A program made the position numbers and the translations under genes. A model generated the notes under the pieces. That model saw only the letters and a program-made list of their open reading frames with translations. It made no database searches and had not been told where the DNA came from. A stretch of DNA of 63,526 nt, counting the filler, from Octopus bimaculoides (Eukaryota): the NCBI RefSeq assembly GCF_001194135.2. It is 4 parts of 3 records of this genome, joined end to end, with 100 filler letters (N's around TTAATTAATTAA, not from the genome) between each part and the next. Parts side by side here need not be neighbours in the genome. Positions count along the whole stretch, not along the records: positions 18,946 to 42,181 come from NC_069009.1; 3 more parts are not named here. One strand, 5' to 3'. Below, piece by piece: positions 27,831 to 40,180 of this stretch; within the stretch, counting starts at the first letter, position 1; every line of letters starts with the position of its first letter.

Positions 27831-28139
27831 CACATACATACATAAGTATATATGAACATGCCTCAACATGAAACTATATGCATGAGAATTTCATACATAC
27901 ATACATACATAAAACAAAACATAAATCTGCATGTATACATACATCCATACAAAAATACTCTGTTGATGTTGAAATTCCAATGAAGGAACATTGAGTCTAG
28001 GTTAGAAACCAGCTCTTTTTCTATTGGTAAGAAATCTTGAAATAAACTGAATAACGACATCCATAGACTCACAAACATTGAAATATACATTATAGGTAAG
28101 CAGTACCTCAGTGTTGTACCCTACTGATAGCTACATTGA

Positions 28140-28450
28140 CTGTACCCCTCTCAAGTTCCCACATACAGCTAAGTGAATTGCATCTCACTGGGATGTTTGT
28201 TCATATGGTATCTGTCACACATCCAAACTTATATTCGTCAATTTGGTTGAATTTAGCATTGCCAAAGGTCTCGGACATTTGCCATTGTCTCCGTGAGCCC
28301 CAATGTGTGAATGATGCATTTTATGAGCACTCATGTAGGTGGCATGGAAGAAGGACCTTTCAAACACTAGGTCTCACAGAGGCAATCACAAACGACCGAG
28401 ACATTTGGCAATATGCTGTGCTTGCGAAGAAGACCCATCAACCCAAGTGA
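28140..28450 (+). mobile_element. RTE-type LINE 3' fragment followed by a SINE
   Basis: LGLTEAITNDRDIWQYAVLAKKT; same C-terminus type as 36480-36900. Confidence 0.6.
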
Positions 28451-28459
28451 ATCATAGTC

Positions 28460-28658
28460 ATGGCAGATACTGGTGTCGTGCAAATGGCACCCATGCTGGT
28501 GGCACACAAAAACACCCATTACACTCTCAGAGTGATTGGTGTTAGGGAGGGCATCCAGCCATAGAAACCATGCTGAATCAGATTGTAGTCTGGTGCAGCC
28601 CCTCAGCTTACAAGCCTCGGTCAAACTGTCCAACCCATTCTAGCATGGACAACAGTTG

Positions 28659-28717
<59 letters not shown>

Positions 28718-28720
28718 CTG
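28460..28720 (+). mobile_element. SINE family C (GGAAGGGCATCCAGCC core, (GAT)n tail)
   Basis: Also at 21445-21620(-), 22135-22290, 30545-30605(-), 37270-37570, 44905-45110(-). Confidence 0.8.
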
Positions 28721-29391
28721 CTCACCTATTTTATCGAGAGTTTCATATAACCCAGTGTTGAAAGTGGGCAGACATTGCAATCCAATGCTTTTTTGTCTTG
28801 TGCAGCTGTCTTTCATTTTTAATCTGTTATTTGTTTCAGCCACTGGACAGCATCCATACCACGGCACAGCCTTCAAGGATGTTAGTTGAAGAAATCAAAC
28901 CCAGGACTTATTATTTATAAGCTTAGTACTTATTCTATTGTTCTCTTTTGCCGAACTGCTAAGTTACAGGAACATAAACAGACCAACATTGGTTGTCAAG
29001 CGATGGTAGGGGGACAAACACAGACATACATACATACATGCATATATACAAACAAAAAGCTTCTCTCAGTCTCCGTCTACCAAATCCACACGCAAGGCTT
29101 TGGTTGGACCGAGGCTATAAGTAGAAGTCACTTGCCCAAGGTGCCATGCAGTAGGACTGAACCCCAAAACCATGTGATTGGGAAGCAAGCTTCTTACCAC
29201 ACAGCCATACCAACGTATGTGTGTCTGTATATATATTTATGTATGTGTCCATCCTTTCATGACACATTATTGGGAACTTGAATGCGTTCCAGTTTCAACT
29301 TGTTTAAGAAGTATTTTTATGTTTTACTTCCCCATCTTCTGTAATATGAAAATGACTTCATGAAACTAAGGAAGCTGGAATGCAGTCAAAG

Positions 29392-29439
<48 letters not shown>

Positions 29440-29915
29440 AACACATATACATAGAAATGTATATATATTTACATACATACACGTGTATATAAACACTATA
29501 TATATATATATATAGTTTTAGGGAAAACAACCAAGTTTCAAGAACTCATCGATGAAAATCCACCACATACACATACATATATATATATACATATATATAT
29601 ATACNNNNNNNNNNNNNNNNNNNNNNNNNNNNNNNNNNNNNNNNNNNNNNNNNNNNNNNNNNNNNNNNNNNNNNNNNNNNNNNNNNNNNNNNNNNNNNNN
29701 NNNNNNNNNNNNNNNNNNNNNNNNNNNNNNNNNNNNNNNNNNNNNNNNNNNNNNNNNNNNNNNNNNNNNNNNNNNNNNNNNNNNNNNNNNNNNNNNNNNN
29801 NNNNNNNNNNNNNNNNNNNNNNNNNNNNNNNNNNNNNNNNNNNNNNNNNNNNNNNNNNNNNNNNNNNNNNNNNNNNNNNNNNNNNNNNNNNNNNNNNNNN
29901 NNNNNNNNNNNNNNN

Positions 29916-29955
<40 letters not shown>

Positions 29956-30045
29956 GTATATATATATATATGTATACATACATACATACTCATATATATA
30001 CACATATATTTGTATGTATATTCACACATACTCTTGCACACATTC

Positions 30046-30076
<31 letters not shown>

Positions 30077-30310
30077 GATAGATATACACAGTCACACATA
30101 TATGCACTTGTATATAGCATATACATATTTATATGTATGAGTGTGCATGTATATACATATATATGTATGTTTATATGTGTGTATGGTGTGAGTGTATAAA
30201 TATATGTGTGCGTGTGTGTATATAAATATATATATTCAGGCATACAAAGTTATTTTATTACATATACGTGTCTCTCTACCTCTTTCTCTCTCTCTCTCTC
30301 TCTCTCTCTG

Positions 30311-30348
<38 letters not shown>

Positions 30349-31007
30349 TATACATAAATGGATTCGTACATATACAGGAATGAACGAAACAGATGTAAAG
30401 TCCAATAATAGATCAATAGGGAGCTATAGCCTCGTATATGTACAACCAATCAATAAGGCTCTGAGCACTCATCTAATTAACGATTAATACAGATCTAGCA
30501 TTTAATGAAAACAAAAGCATAATTAAGATGTGTCATCAGATTTAATCATCATCATCATCGTCGTCGTTTAACGTCCGCTTTCCATGCTAGCATGGGTTGG
30601 ATGACGTATCATAAACATAGGGTTTATTTCTTATGCATAGACATGTGATGGTGGGGTGTTCATGCCTTTCCAATACAGCCAATGTTATTAGTTGTGTCTC
30701 CCTCTCTCTCTTCTCTCTCTCTGTCGATCATTCTTCTCATTAGCTTGTCACATTCACGTTACTTGTTTGAGTCCTAAGATGCCAGCTTCATCCATCATCA
30801 CCACCACTACCACCACTACCCCCACCTTCATCGTCATCGTCGCTGTTGTCATCATCACCACCACCATCACTACCTTCATCATCATCATCATCATCGGCAT
30901 CATTAGCATCATCATCATCACCACCACCATCTTCCTCATCATCTCCACTACCACCACCACCATCATCGTCATCATCGCTGTTATCATCATCATCATCATC
31001 ATCATCA

Positions 31008-31400
31008 TGGTAAGTAGCTTGCTTACGAACCACATGGTTCTGGGTTCAGTCCCACTGCGTGGCACCTTGGGCAAGTGTCTTCTACTATAGCCTCGGACCG
31101 ACCAAAGCCTTGTGAGTAGATTTGGTAGACGGAAACTGAAAGAGGCCCGTCGTATATATGTATATATATATATATATTTGTATGTACGTGTGTATATATT
31201 TATGTGTTTGTGTTTGTCCCCCGAACATCACTTGACAACTGATGCTGGTGTGTTTATGTCCCTGTAACTTAGCGGTTCGAGAAAAGAGAGCGATAGAATA
31301 AGTACTAGGCTTCTAAAGAATAAGTCCTGGGGTCGATTTGCTCGACTAAAGGTGGTGCTCCCGCATGGCCACAGTCAAATGACTGAAACAAGTAAAAGAG
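31008..31400 (+). mobile_element. SINE family A copy
   Basis: Collinear with 19167, 33925 and 39820 copies. Confidence 0.9.
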
Positions 31401-31685
31401 TATATAATCAGATGGAGTCGAGAGGCTGATATGCATGGGTGACTTCTGGTCTTCCATAAACAACCTTACCTGGACTTGTCTTCAGAGGGGAACTTCTTTG
31501 ATGCAATCCCATAGTCATTCATGACCGAAGGGGGTGGGTCTTTACTTCACTTTTCTACTGTGTCCTTGACCAGACATTTTATTCTACATGGCCCTCGTCC
31601 ACTCAGCTGGCAAAGCAATGCGTTGTACCGGTATAATTCAAATGCATACAAATGTGAGTCTAATATATTATCTCACTGAAATATA

Positions 31686-32064
31686 CAGGGTGTCCACAAA
31701 GTCTGGGTACATGGGGATTAACACATACTTTAAGAAATTATTATTTCTTATATTTAATTGCTTATATTATTTTATTTACTCCATGTACCCACATGGGGAT
31801 TAACACATACTTTAAGAAATTATTATTCCTTATATTTAATTGCTTATGTTAAGATCTTACTTACTCCATGTACCCACATGGGGATTAACACATACTTTAA
31901 GAAATTATTATTTCTTATATTTAATTGTTTATGATATGATTTTATTTACTCCATGTACCCACATGGGGATTAACACATACTTCAAGAAATTATTATTTCT
32001 TATATTCAGTTGTTTATATTATGATTTTATTTACTCCATGTACCCAGACTTTCTGGATACCCTG
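31686..32064. mobile_element. Tc1/mariner-type MITE with 4 internal tandem units of 82-85 bp
   Basis: TA|CAGGGTGTCCACAAAGTCTGGGTACATGG and CCATGTACCCAGACTTTCTGGATACCCTG|TA TIRs, TA target site. Confidence 0.85.
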
Positions 32065-32384
32065 TATTCTGAACAAACAAATACTAGAATTGTATTGATG
32101 CGAGTAATGAAAGCAAGAACTATCAATAAATGGAATACAAGAACTTTGAACAGATAGTACACCCCTTTAAGAAGACAGACCCTAGCAGCACAGTGGGGAA
32201 CAATATAACACAGTTAATTACACCATTCTTAATGTGAACTTTATCTTCTTTAATACCTTTGTACACACAAACATGTTAGAAGTAAATAGACTGTTATTCT
32301 AACTTGTAAAGGTTTATATTTCTTATTAATTGACATTTTTATGTTTCAGATTCTATATGTGACTGTTTAATTATGCTATGTACA

Positions 32385-32500
32385 AAAGAAGCCTTGGAAC
32401 TGTCTGAATTTCAAAGAGGCCGTATTGTGGGTCACTCTGAAGGTGGATATAGTCAGCGTACAATCGTAGAAAACCTTGGGATCCCACTTTCTACAATAAA
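32385..32500 (+). mobile_element. Tc1-type transposase N-terminal fragment
   Basis: [34 protein letters not shown] paired-like HTH. Confidence 0.75.
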
Positions 32501-32748
32501 TTAAAGAGTTAGACAAAGAACGTGTTGTCTTCATTTCAGCATAGAAGTTACTAAATTATCAAGAAGACTCTGCCTGTCACTGAGTTTATTTGTTTTTATG
32601 GGGTCAGTTTTTAATTTATAGACTAGTTTATCAAATCCTTGTATATCTAAGGCTGAGAGAATAAAGGGCAGTATCTGTTAGGGATAGGGCTGAGGGAGCA
32701 GACAGAAATCATGAGCTTATGATTTCTGGATATCCTTGTTGCTTATTT

Positions 32749-32779
<31 letters not shown>

Positions 32780-33081
32780 NNNNNNNNNNNNNNNNNNNNN
32801 NNNNNNNNNNNNNNNNNNNNNNNNNNNNNNNNNNNNNNNNNNNNNNNNNNNNNNNNNNNNNNNNNNNNNNNNNNNNNNNNNNNNNNNNNNNNNNNNNNNN
32901 NNNNNNNNNNNNNNNNNNNNNNNNNNNNNNNNNNNNNNNNNNNNNNNNNNNNNNNNNNNNNNNNNNNNNNNNNNNNNNNNNNNNNNNNNNNNNNNNNNNN
33001 NNNNNNNNNNNNNNNNNNNNNNNNNNNNNNNNNNNNNNNNNNNNNNNNNNNNNNNNNNNNNNNNNNNNNNNNNNNNNNNAT

Positions 33082-33121
<40 letters not shown>

Positions 33122-33263
33122 CATACACATGGTAATATAGTTAATATTCTCATCCAAAATGAAGACTAGTACCAACACTTCCATGTTGCATGCTTAAACA
33201 ATTGTGAAGATCTCACATGAAACCATTGGTTGCCTTGTTAACCCACAAATAAAATATATATGC

Positions 33264-33319
<56 letters not shown>

Positions 33320-33656
33320 TTGGATGTATAACAGGAGACAGGGTGCTTAATGTAACAGTTTATTTATTTGAAGTTGATGACTCTTTGTCACTATTTCAGC
33401 TTTGAATGAATATGTATGCAAACACACACACACACACACACACCAATACACACTCACATACATAAATACATATACATATACATATATATATTCACATATT
33501 AATATATACAGACACTCACATATACATAAATACACACACACACACATGCAATTACACTGAAGACCACCTAGGTGCAAGGGGGCCAAGTCTTTTGCTCAGC
33601 CCTCAATGCAATACACCAGTCGATTACTGCCACCACTGCCTATTCCAGCTTGTGGC

Positions 33657-33824
33657 CTACGCCCTCACTTTCAGGACCAGGTAATAAGAAAGGAAGAAGA
33701 GTGCGCTGAGGCCCATGATAATGTAACACATCATTTTCCTGTTGGCTTTTCCAGAATTGACCATGTGGGAGATTCGGTTCATACTGCCAGTGAGCAGGCC
33801 TTGGGAACTGTCGAAGTCTGTGCC
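33657..33824 (-). CDS. BET1L: BET1L last coding exon: GTDFDSSQGLLTGSMNRISHMVNSGKANRKMMCYIIMGLSALFFLSYYLVLKVRA*
   Basis: TTCCAG acceptor, in frame with exon 3; SNARE C-terminal half, transmembrane anchor, TAG stop. AATAAA-like signals near 33360. Confidence 0.95.
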   Translation of the reverse strand, partial: GTDFDSSQGLLTGSMNRISHMVNSGKANRKMMCYIIMGLSALFFLSYYLVLKVRA

Positions 33825-33924
33825 CTGGAATTGAAACGACAACAGGAAGGGTTAGATGAGGTTGAGATGACACGAGACAATATGACATAAGGTGAGATGA
33901 AATGAAAAAAATGAAAGAGGCGTA

Positions 33925-34053
33925 GGAGTGGGTGTGTGGTAAGTAGCTTGCTTACGAACCACATAGTTCTGGATTCAGTCTCACTGCGTGACACCTTGGG
34001 CAAGTGTCTTCTACTATAGCCCCGGAAACTGAAAGAAGCCTGTCGTATATATG

Positions 34054-34090
<37 letters not shown>

Positions 34091-34290
34091 TTGTGTGTCT
34101 GTCCCCACAACATCGCTTGACAACTGATGCTGGTGTGTTTACATCCCCGTAACTTAGCGGTTCGGCAAAAGAGACCGATAAAATAAGTACTAGGCTTACA
34201 AAGAATAAGTCCTGGGGTCGATTTGCTCGACTAAAAGGTGGTGCTCCAGCATGGCCACAGTCAAATGACTGAAACAAGTAAAAGAGTAAA
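33925..34290 (+). mobile_element. SINE family A copy in BET1L intron 3
   Basis: Collinear with the other copies, with an internal deletion. Confidence 0.9.
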
Positions 34291-34529
34291 AGAGATGAAA
34301 TGAAAGAATGAAAGAAATGAAATATAAGAAGATTAGAGATGAGAGGAAATAAAAGAAGATAGGAGATGATGATAGATGAAATGAAAGATGAGAGGAAATG
34401 AAATGAAAGAAGAGATGATGGGGGATGAAAAGGGATTAGATGAAAAATGAGGTGAGAGATGGAATAAAACAGCTGATGGTCAGAGATCAAACTGATTGAA
34501 GTGTAGTGTAGGTATAAATATTGTTATAG

Positions 34530-35160
34530 TGGACTATTGTATCTGGCAAAGAAGATTAAGAAGCCGGAGAAGATTATGAATGTAGGCAGGAAGCCACTAG
34601 AGTTGGTTGAAGACTTCCTGTATCTGGGAGCAAAGATTGGCAACACAGAGGATTATATAGTTGAAAGAAAGAGCAAAGCCTGGGCAGCATGCCGTGGTTT
34701 GAGATCTGTATGGAAGTCGGACCTTCATAAAAACCTGAAGATCCATCTCTTCATTGCTGCAGTAGAGTCTGTTCCTGTTGTACAGGTCTGAGACTCGGAC
34801 ACTAACCAAGAAACTCATTCAGATGGTGGATGGGAGCTACACAAGAATGCAGAGGATGGCTCTGAATATTAATCATTATATGCTGAGAATGAAGAACTCA
34901 GAGCTGTACAAGAACCTCCCAAAAGTTAGCTTAAAAATAACACAGAGGGACTGAGGTTAGCTAGACATACTCACTGTCATTCAGTGCTCCTGTGGGATCC
35001 TCTACATGGTCACACTAGAAGAAGGAGACCAAGGATGATATATGCTGATGCCCTAAGGACAGACACTCGTCTCTGGTAAACACAATACATGGTAGCAATG
35101 ATGAGGGACAAAGACCATTGGAAAGATCTCGTTCATGGATCTCAGGAATTTTACCCACCC
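34530..35160 (+). mobile_element. RTE-type LINE 3' fragment in BET1L intron 3 (antisense)
   Basis: LELVEDFLYLG, KAWAACRGLRSVWKS, LKIHLFIAAVES, LLWDPLHG..RRRRP. Confidence 0.8.
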
Positions 35161-35204
35161 TAGAATAGAATAAAAATATGCACTCTAAAAAGATGAGTAG
35201 TTCT

Positions 35205-35470
35205 TATCCAGTCTGGTATTATATATATATATGCATCCAGGATTAAGACATCTGATGATGATCAAGGATCAAACTGACTAAAATATAGTGTTGATGTAAA
35301 TACTGTAAATTTATACTGTAAAGAAGGTTGGTTCTAATCCAGTCTGATGCTGTATACACATCCAGGAATAAGACACCTGTTGATCATCACAGATCATACT
35401 GATCAAAACACAGTGTAGATGTAAATACATTTAAAAAATATATTTAGAACTAATCCAGTCTGGTATTATG
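35205..35470 (+). repeat. Degenerate tandem repeat of about 120-130 bp, 2.2 copies
   Basis: ATCCAGTCTG starts near 35207, 35337 and 35453; shared CATCCAGGA and GATGTAAATAC. Confidence 0.6.
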
Positions 35471-35498
35471 CATGTATTATGGGATTTAGAATACTTAC

Positions 35499-35555
35499 CA
35501 TTCCATCAAGATATCTGTTAGAATCTTTTGTATCAGATTCTATGTCTAACGCCAA
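35499..35555 (-). CDS. BET1L: BET1L coding exon 3: LALDIESDTKDSNRYLDGM
   Basis: 57 nt, TTTCAG acceptor, ATG|GTAAGT donor, phase 0 to 0. Matches human LALDIDRDAEDQNRYLDGM (recalled); not in the ORF track. Confidence 0.95.
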
Positions 35556-35696
35556 CTGAAATATATCAAAAAAGTAATTTAAGCAAAAAAATTGACAAAA
35601 GTTATACATACATATATATTATTTATTTAATGGTCACAAAACGTGTATTAAAGCGTTACTAATAAACCACATATCATAACGAACTAAAGAAATTGA

Positions 35697-35848
35697 TACA
35701 GTTCTATATTTAAGAGATGAGGAATTATGTACATTATTTACATTTGACGGATATTTGCCCTCATCAGGTTTGTTGTTAACACAACATTTTGGCTGATATA
35801 CCCTCCAGCCTTCATCAGGTGTCTTGGGGAAATTTCGAACCTGGGTTC
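35697..35848 (-). mobile_element. Short repeat with a degenerate type I hammerhead fold, in BET1L intron 2
   Basis: GACAC-CTGATGA-A-GGCTG(10)CAGCC-AAAAT-GTT-GTGTT. Confidence 0.65.
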
Positions 35849-36353
35849 AAAGAAATTGAATTTTAGAAGAAACGCGAAAAAACTGAGAAGGCAGCATATA
35901 GAATATGCAGACAATGGACAACGGAAAACTATAAACAGAAACTAAAATGTCAAAAGTTTGTTATGATATGTGGTTTGCGCCTGAAGAATATGTGTGTAAA
36001 TGTATGAATTTTAAACATACACACACAGAGAGAAAATCTGCCTTTTATAGTATAGATACAATATAAAGTAGTGAACTGCCAGAATTGTTAGCACGTGGTA
36101 TTTCGCCCATCGCTACGTTCTGAGTTCAAATTTCGCCAAGGTCGACTTTACCTTTTATCCTTTGTGGAGTCGATAAAATAAGTACCAGTTGAACACTGGG
36201 GTCAATGTAATTGATTCATCTCTTCCCCCCAAAAGTTCTGCCCTTGTGGTAAAATTTGAAACCATTATTTAATACAAAATATAATAGAATCCAGGATAAC
36301 AAATCAAACCAGAAGTGATACGAATTGAGAGAATGGATCCAGAAATGACTCAC

Positions 36354-36433
36354 CCCTTTTAGTCGCGATATTTTACTGGATAGTCCATCGACATGGGCTG
36401 AATTCTCCTCCTCCAGCATTGCTTCTGTTCGCC
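36354..36433 (-). CDS. BET1L: BET1-like Golgi Qc-SNARE (GS15), coding exon 2: (G)RTEAMLEEENSAHVDGLSSKISRLKG
   Basis: Pyrimidine tract plus CAG acceptor, GGG|GTGAGT donor, phase 1 to 0. The peptide matches the BET1L SNARE N-terminal part (human EEILDRENKRMADSLASKVTRLKS, recalled). Confidence 0.92.
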
Positions 36434-36479
36434 CTGTGTAATATGGATAGAGAAATAGAGAAGGTGAGATAAAAGGGTA

Positions 36480-36900
36480 AGTTTTTGCATGTATGTGAAC
36501 TGCGAAGCTCCATGGTAGTGAGATACGGACTCTGAATGTGGAGGACTTGGAAAGGCTGGAGAGGAATGAAGCTGGTACGCTCTGCTGGATGTGCAATGTC
36601 AGCGTTCATGTGCAACAGAGCATTGGTGTATCGAGGGAGAATTTGGGGCATAAGAGGAATTAAATGCAGTGTGCAAGAGAGGAGACTGTGCTGGTTTGGT
36701 TATGTGATGCAGATGGATGAAGAGAGCTGCGTAAAGCAAGCAGTGCTGATCACTTAAAGCAGAGGGAGACCCAGGAAGACATGGGACAAAGTATGGAAGG
36801 CCGATCTCAAAATACTGAACCTTACAAAGGAGATGACAGCGGTCTGTGATATGTGGTGCACTGCTGTACTTGAGAAGATTTGCCCACCACAACAGAATTG
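36480..36900 (+). mobile_element. RTE-type LINE 3' fragment just upstream of the BET1L exon 2 acceptor
   Basis: LHGSE, RRLCWFGYVMQMDEESCVK, RGRPRKTW. Confidence 0.8.
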
Positions 36901-36919
36901 AGATTATAAAACCAAGGTG

Positions 36920-37270
36920 CCACATAAAAAGCATTGGTGTGGGTGTTGGGGCTACATAAAAAGCACTGGTGCAGGTTCCACATGAAAAGCTCTGGTGTTG
37001 GTGCCTTGTAGAAAACATTATTGATGGCTTCACATAAAAAGCATGGTGAAGGCTCCACATAAAAAGCTCTGGTGAGGGCTCCACATAAAAAGCACTGGTG
37101 AGGGCCTCACATAAAAAGCACTGGTGAGGGCCTCACATAAAAAGTACTGGTGAGGGCCCCACATAAAAACACCGGTGCAGGTTCCACATAAAAATCCCTG
37201 GTGAGGGCTCTGCATAAAAAGCTCTGGTGAGGGTTCCACATAAAAAGCACTAGTGATGGCACTATGTAAA
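36920..37270 (+). repeat. Minisatellite of 25-27 bp CACATAAAAAGCACTGGTGAGGGC(C/T) units within a SINE
   Basis: About 12-13 units visible. Confidence 0.85.
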
Positions 37271-38299
37271 AAGCACCTAGTACACTCTGTAAGGTGGTTG
37301 GTATTAGGAAGAGCAGCCATGACAGAACAGACAATTGGAGTCTGGACAGCTCCAGGCTGGCCAGCTCTTGTCAAACCGTCCAACTCAACCCGGCATGAAA
37401 ATGAATATTAAATGATTGGCGTTAGGAAGGGCATCCAGCTGTAGAAACTCTGCCAAATTAGATTGGAGCCTGGTGTTGCCATCCGGTTTCACCAGTCCTC
37501 AGTCAAATTGTCCAACCCATGCCAGCATGGAAGGCGGACGTTAAACGATGATGATGATGATGATGATGATATCTCCAGGCATTACTGTGTTAGCAAAATC
37601 ACTCGATTCAACTTTCTTCTTTTACTTGTTTCAGTCATTAGACTGCGACCATGCTGGGGCACCACTTTGAAGGATTCTAGTTGAATAAATCAACCCCAGT
37701 AACTATTTTCTAAACTTGGTAATTATTCTATCAGTCTCTTTTGCTGAACTGCTAAGTTACAAAGTGGTGAATTCACTAACATTAGTTGTCAAGCAGTGGT
37801 GGCGTGTGTGTGTGTGTGCGTGGACAAACAAATACACACATACAAGTGAAGGTATGTAGCCTAGTGGTTAGGGTGTTGCAGTCATGATCTAGTGATTGTA
37901 GGTTCAATTACAGGACATTGTGCTCTTAAACAAAACACTAATAAAGTGCCAGGGTTGCATTCATCAACAGTCTCCTGTTCTTTCTTCAAAGAAGTTCGAA
38001 TTTCTGAAAGATTGGGATTAACTTATTCACGACAGAAGACCAAGGCTCTTCGGATTTTGGCATAGAGGTCTCTGATAACCGCTGACGCCTGTTGGCAGGC
38101 ATGACACATGAAGAGAGATACCATTTTATGTTTGGGAAACATAAGCTTATTAAATATACATATCTGAAAGCATTATAAAATAATTACAAACAAAAAAATT
38201 ATTTCATGTTGTGTTTCTTTCGACAATGCAATGATATTCGTTTTTGTTTTGAATTCCATTAAACAAGTGTTGTGTTTGAATTATAATTTGAAGTTCACG

Positions 38300-39150
38300 G
38301 CCAGGTTATGAAGGATTGCCCTATAATATTGAACAATGCAATCTTCATTAAATATATCATTACATGTTAAAAAATTTTAAAAACTTTAAATTTACATATA
38401 ATGAAAGGTTCCTGTTTATTGTTTCAAAAGTTGAAAGACATTCGTGTTCGGTATTCTATCATTCTGGTTTCTGTTTGTATTTATTTTAACCCGTGTTTAC
38501 GGTCACAGTATGAAAGATCGCCGAACAATATTGAACTGAACAATAGATTCTTTGTTAAATATATAATTATATATTTTAAAGTAATAGAAACATTAAATTT
38601 ACTTATAGATTTTCTATTCCGTGTATGTTTCGTGTTCGGTACTGTATTCTGTCATTCCGGTTTGTATTTTAACCTGTTTATTTATGGTCGTAATATGAAA
38701 GATCATCCTACAGTATTGAATAAAACATTTCTATCTTCTTTAAATATATAATTACATATTTTATACTAAAAGAAACATTATTAAATTTACTCATAAATTC
38801 TCTATCTAATGTATGTTTCGTGTGCGGTATTATATTCTGCTATTCCGATTTTTGCCTGTATTACTTCTAATATGGCCTAAATATGAAAAATCCCCCGACT
38901 ATAAATCGATAAAAATAATATAACCTTCGTTAAATATATATTTATTAAATAATGACATATAGTAAAATATAAAAACATATTTGTTTCGAAAAATTAAAAC
39001 CTTCCTGTTCAGAATTTCATTCCGTTATTCTTGTTTCAATATATATTCTTGTTTCAATATAAATTATATTATGTTTACAGCCGTAATATGAGAAATTACT
39101 ATTCCATACTGGATGAAAAAACACCCTCCTTGTAAAATGTAAATTTGTCA
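38300..39150 (+). repeat. Degenerate satellite-like array, about 4.5 units of 185-205 bp
   Basis: Recurring ATGAAAGATC / TTAAATATATA / TTCGTGTTCGGTA anchors; unit starts 38308, 38510, 38695, 38883, 39088. Confidence 0.7.
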
Positions 39151-39819
39151 CACATATTTTATATACCAAATAAAAGAATTAGTAATACAGACATAGTTCA
39201 AGCACTACTGCTTGTTCCTTAAGGGAGGGAAAAATTTTTTAAAAAATGGCATTCGTGTGGTCGGTATTGAATTTTGTTATACTGGTTGCTATTCGAGTTT
39301 GTCGCTGAGTCACGGTTGGAATACTTTTACCAAGGACGGGTATTGATAAAATAAAATCTAGAAAATAAACTGTGTATTATTCGATGTTTAACAAAAAAAA
39401 AAAAAANNNNNNNNNNNNNNNNNNNNNNNNNNNNNNNNNNNNNNNNNNNNNNNNNNNNNNNNNNNNNNNNNNNNNNNNNNNNNNNNNNNNNNNNNNNNNN
39501 NNNNNNNNNNNNNNNNNNNNNNNNNNNNNNNNNNNNNNNNNNNNNNNNNNNNNNNNNNNNNNNNNNNNNNNNNNNNNNNNNNNNNNNNNNNNNNNNNNNN
39601 NNNNNNNNNNNNNNNNNNNNNNNNNNNNNNNNNNNNNNNNNNNNNNNNNNNNNNNNNNNNNNNNNNNNNNNNNNNNNNNNNNNNNNNNNNNNNNNNNNNN
39701 NNNNNNNNNNNNNNNNNNNNNNNNNNNNNNNNNNNNNNNNNNNNAAAACCAATATGATTTTTGTCATCTGCATGCAATGCTACATCAGTGTTGAAAGTTT
39801 TAAAAAATTCTGACAGCTT

Positions 39820-40180
39820 ACCAACTACATGGTTCTGGGTTCAGTCCCACTGCGAGGCACCTTGGGTAAGTGTCTTCTACTATCGCTTCGGGCCGACCAA
39901 AGCCTTGTGAGTGGATTTGGTAGACGGAAACTGAAAGAAGCCCGTCGTATGTGTGTCTATATATATGTGTGTGTGTGTATATGTTTGTGTGTCTGTGTTT
40001 GTACCCCCAACATCGCTTGACAACCGATGCTGGTGTGTTTACATCCCCGTAACTTAGCGGTTCAGCAAAAGTGGGATTGATAGAATAAGTACTAGGCTTC
40101 CAAAGAATAAGTCCTGGGATCGATTTGCTCGACTAAAGGCGGTGCTCCAGCATGGCCGCAGTCAAATGACTGAAACAAGA
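39820..40180 (+). mobile_element. SINE family A copy
   Basis: Collinear with the other copies. Confidence 0.9.

Noticed and set aside
31710-32045. CRISPR-like array (also 36920-37270)
   Set aside because: The units are whole repeats without unique spacers; eukaryotic context, no cas genes.
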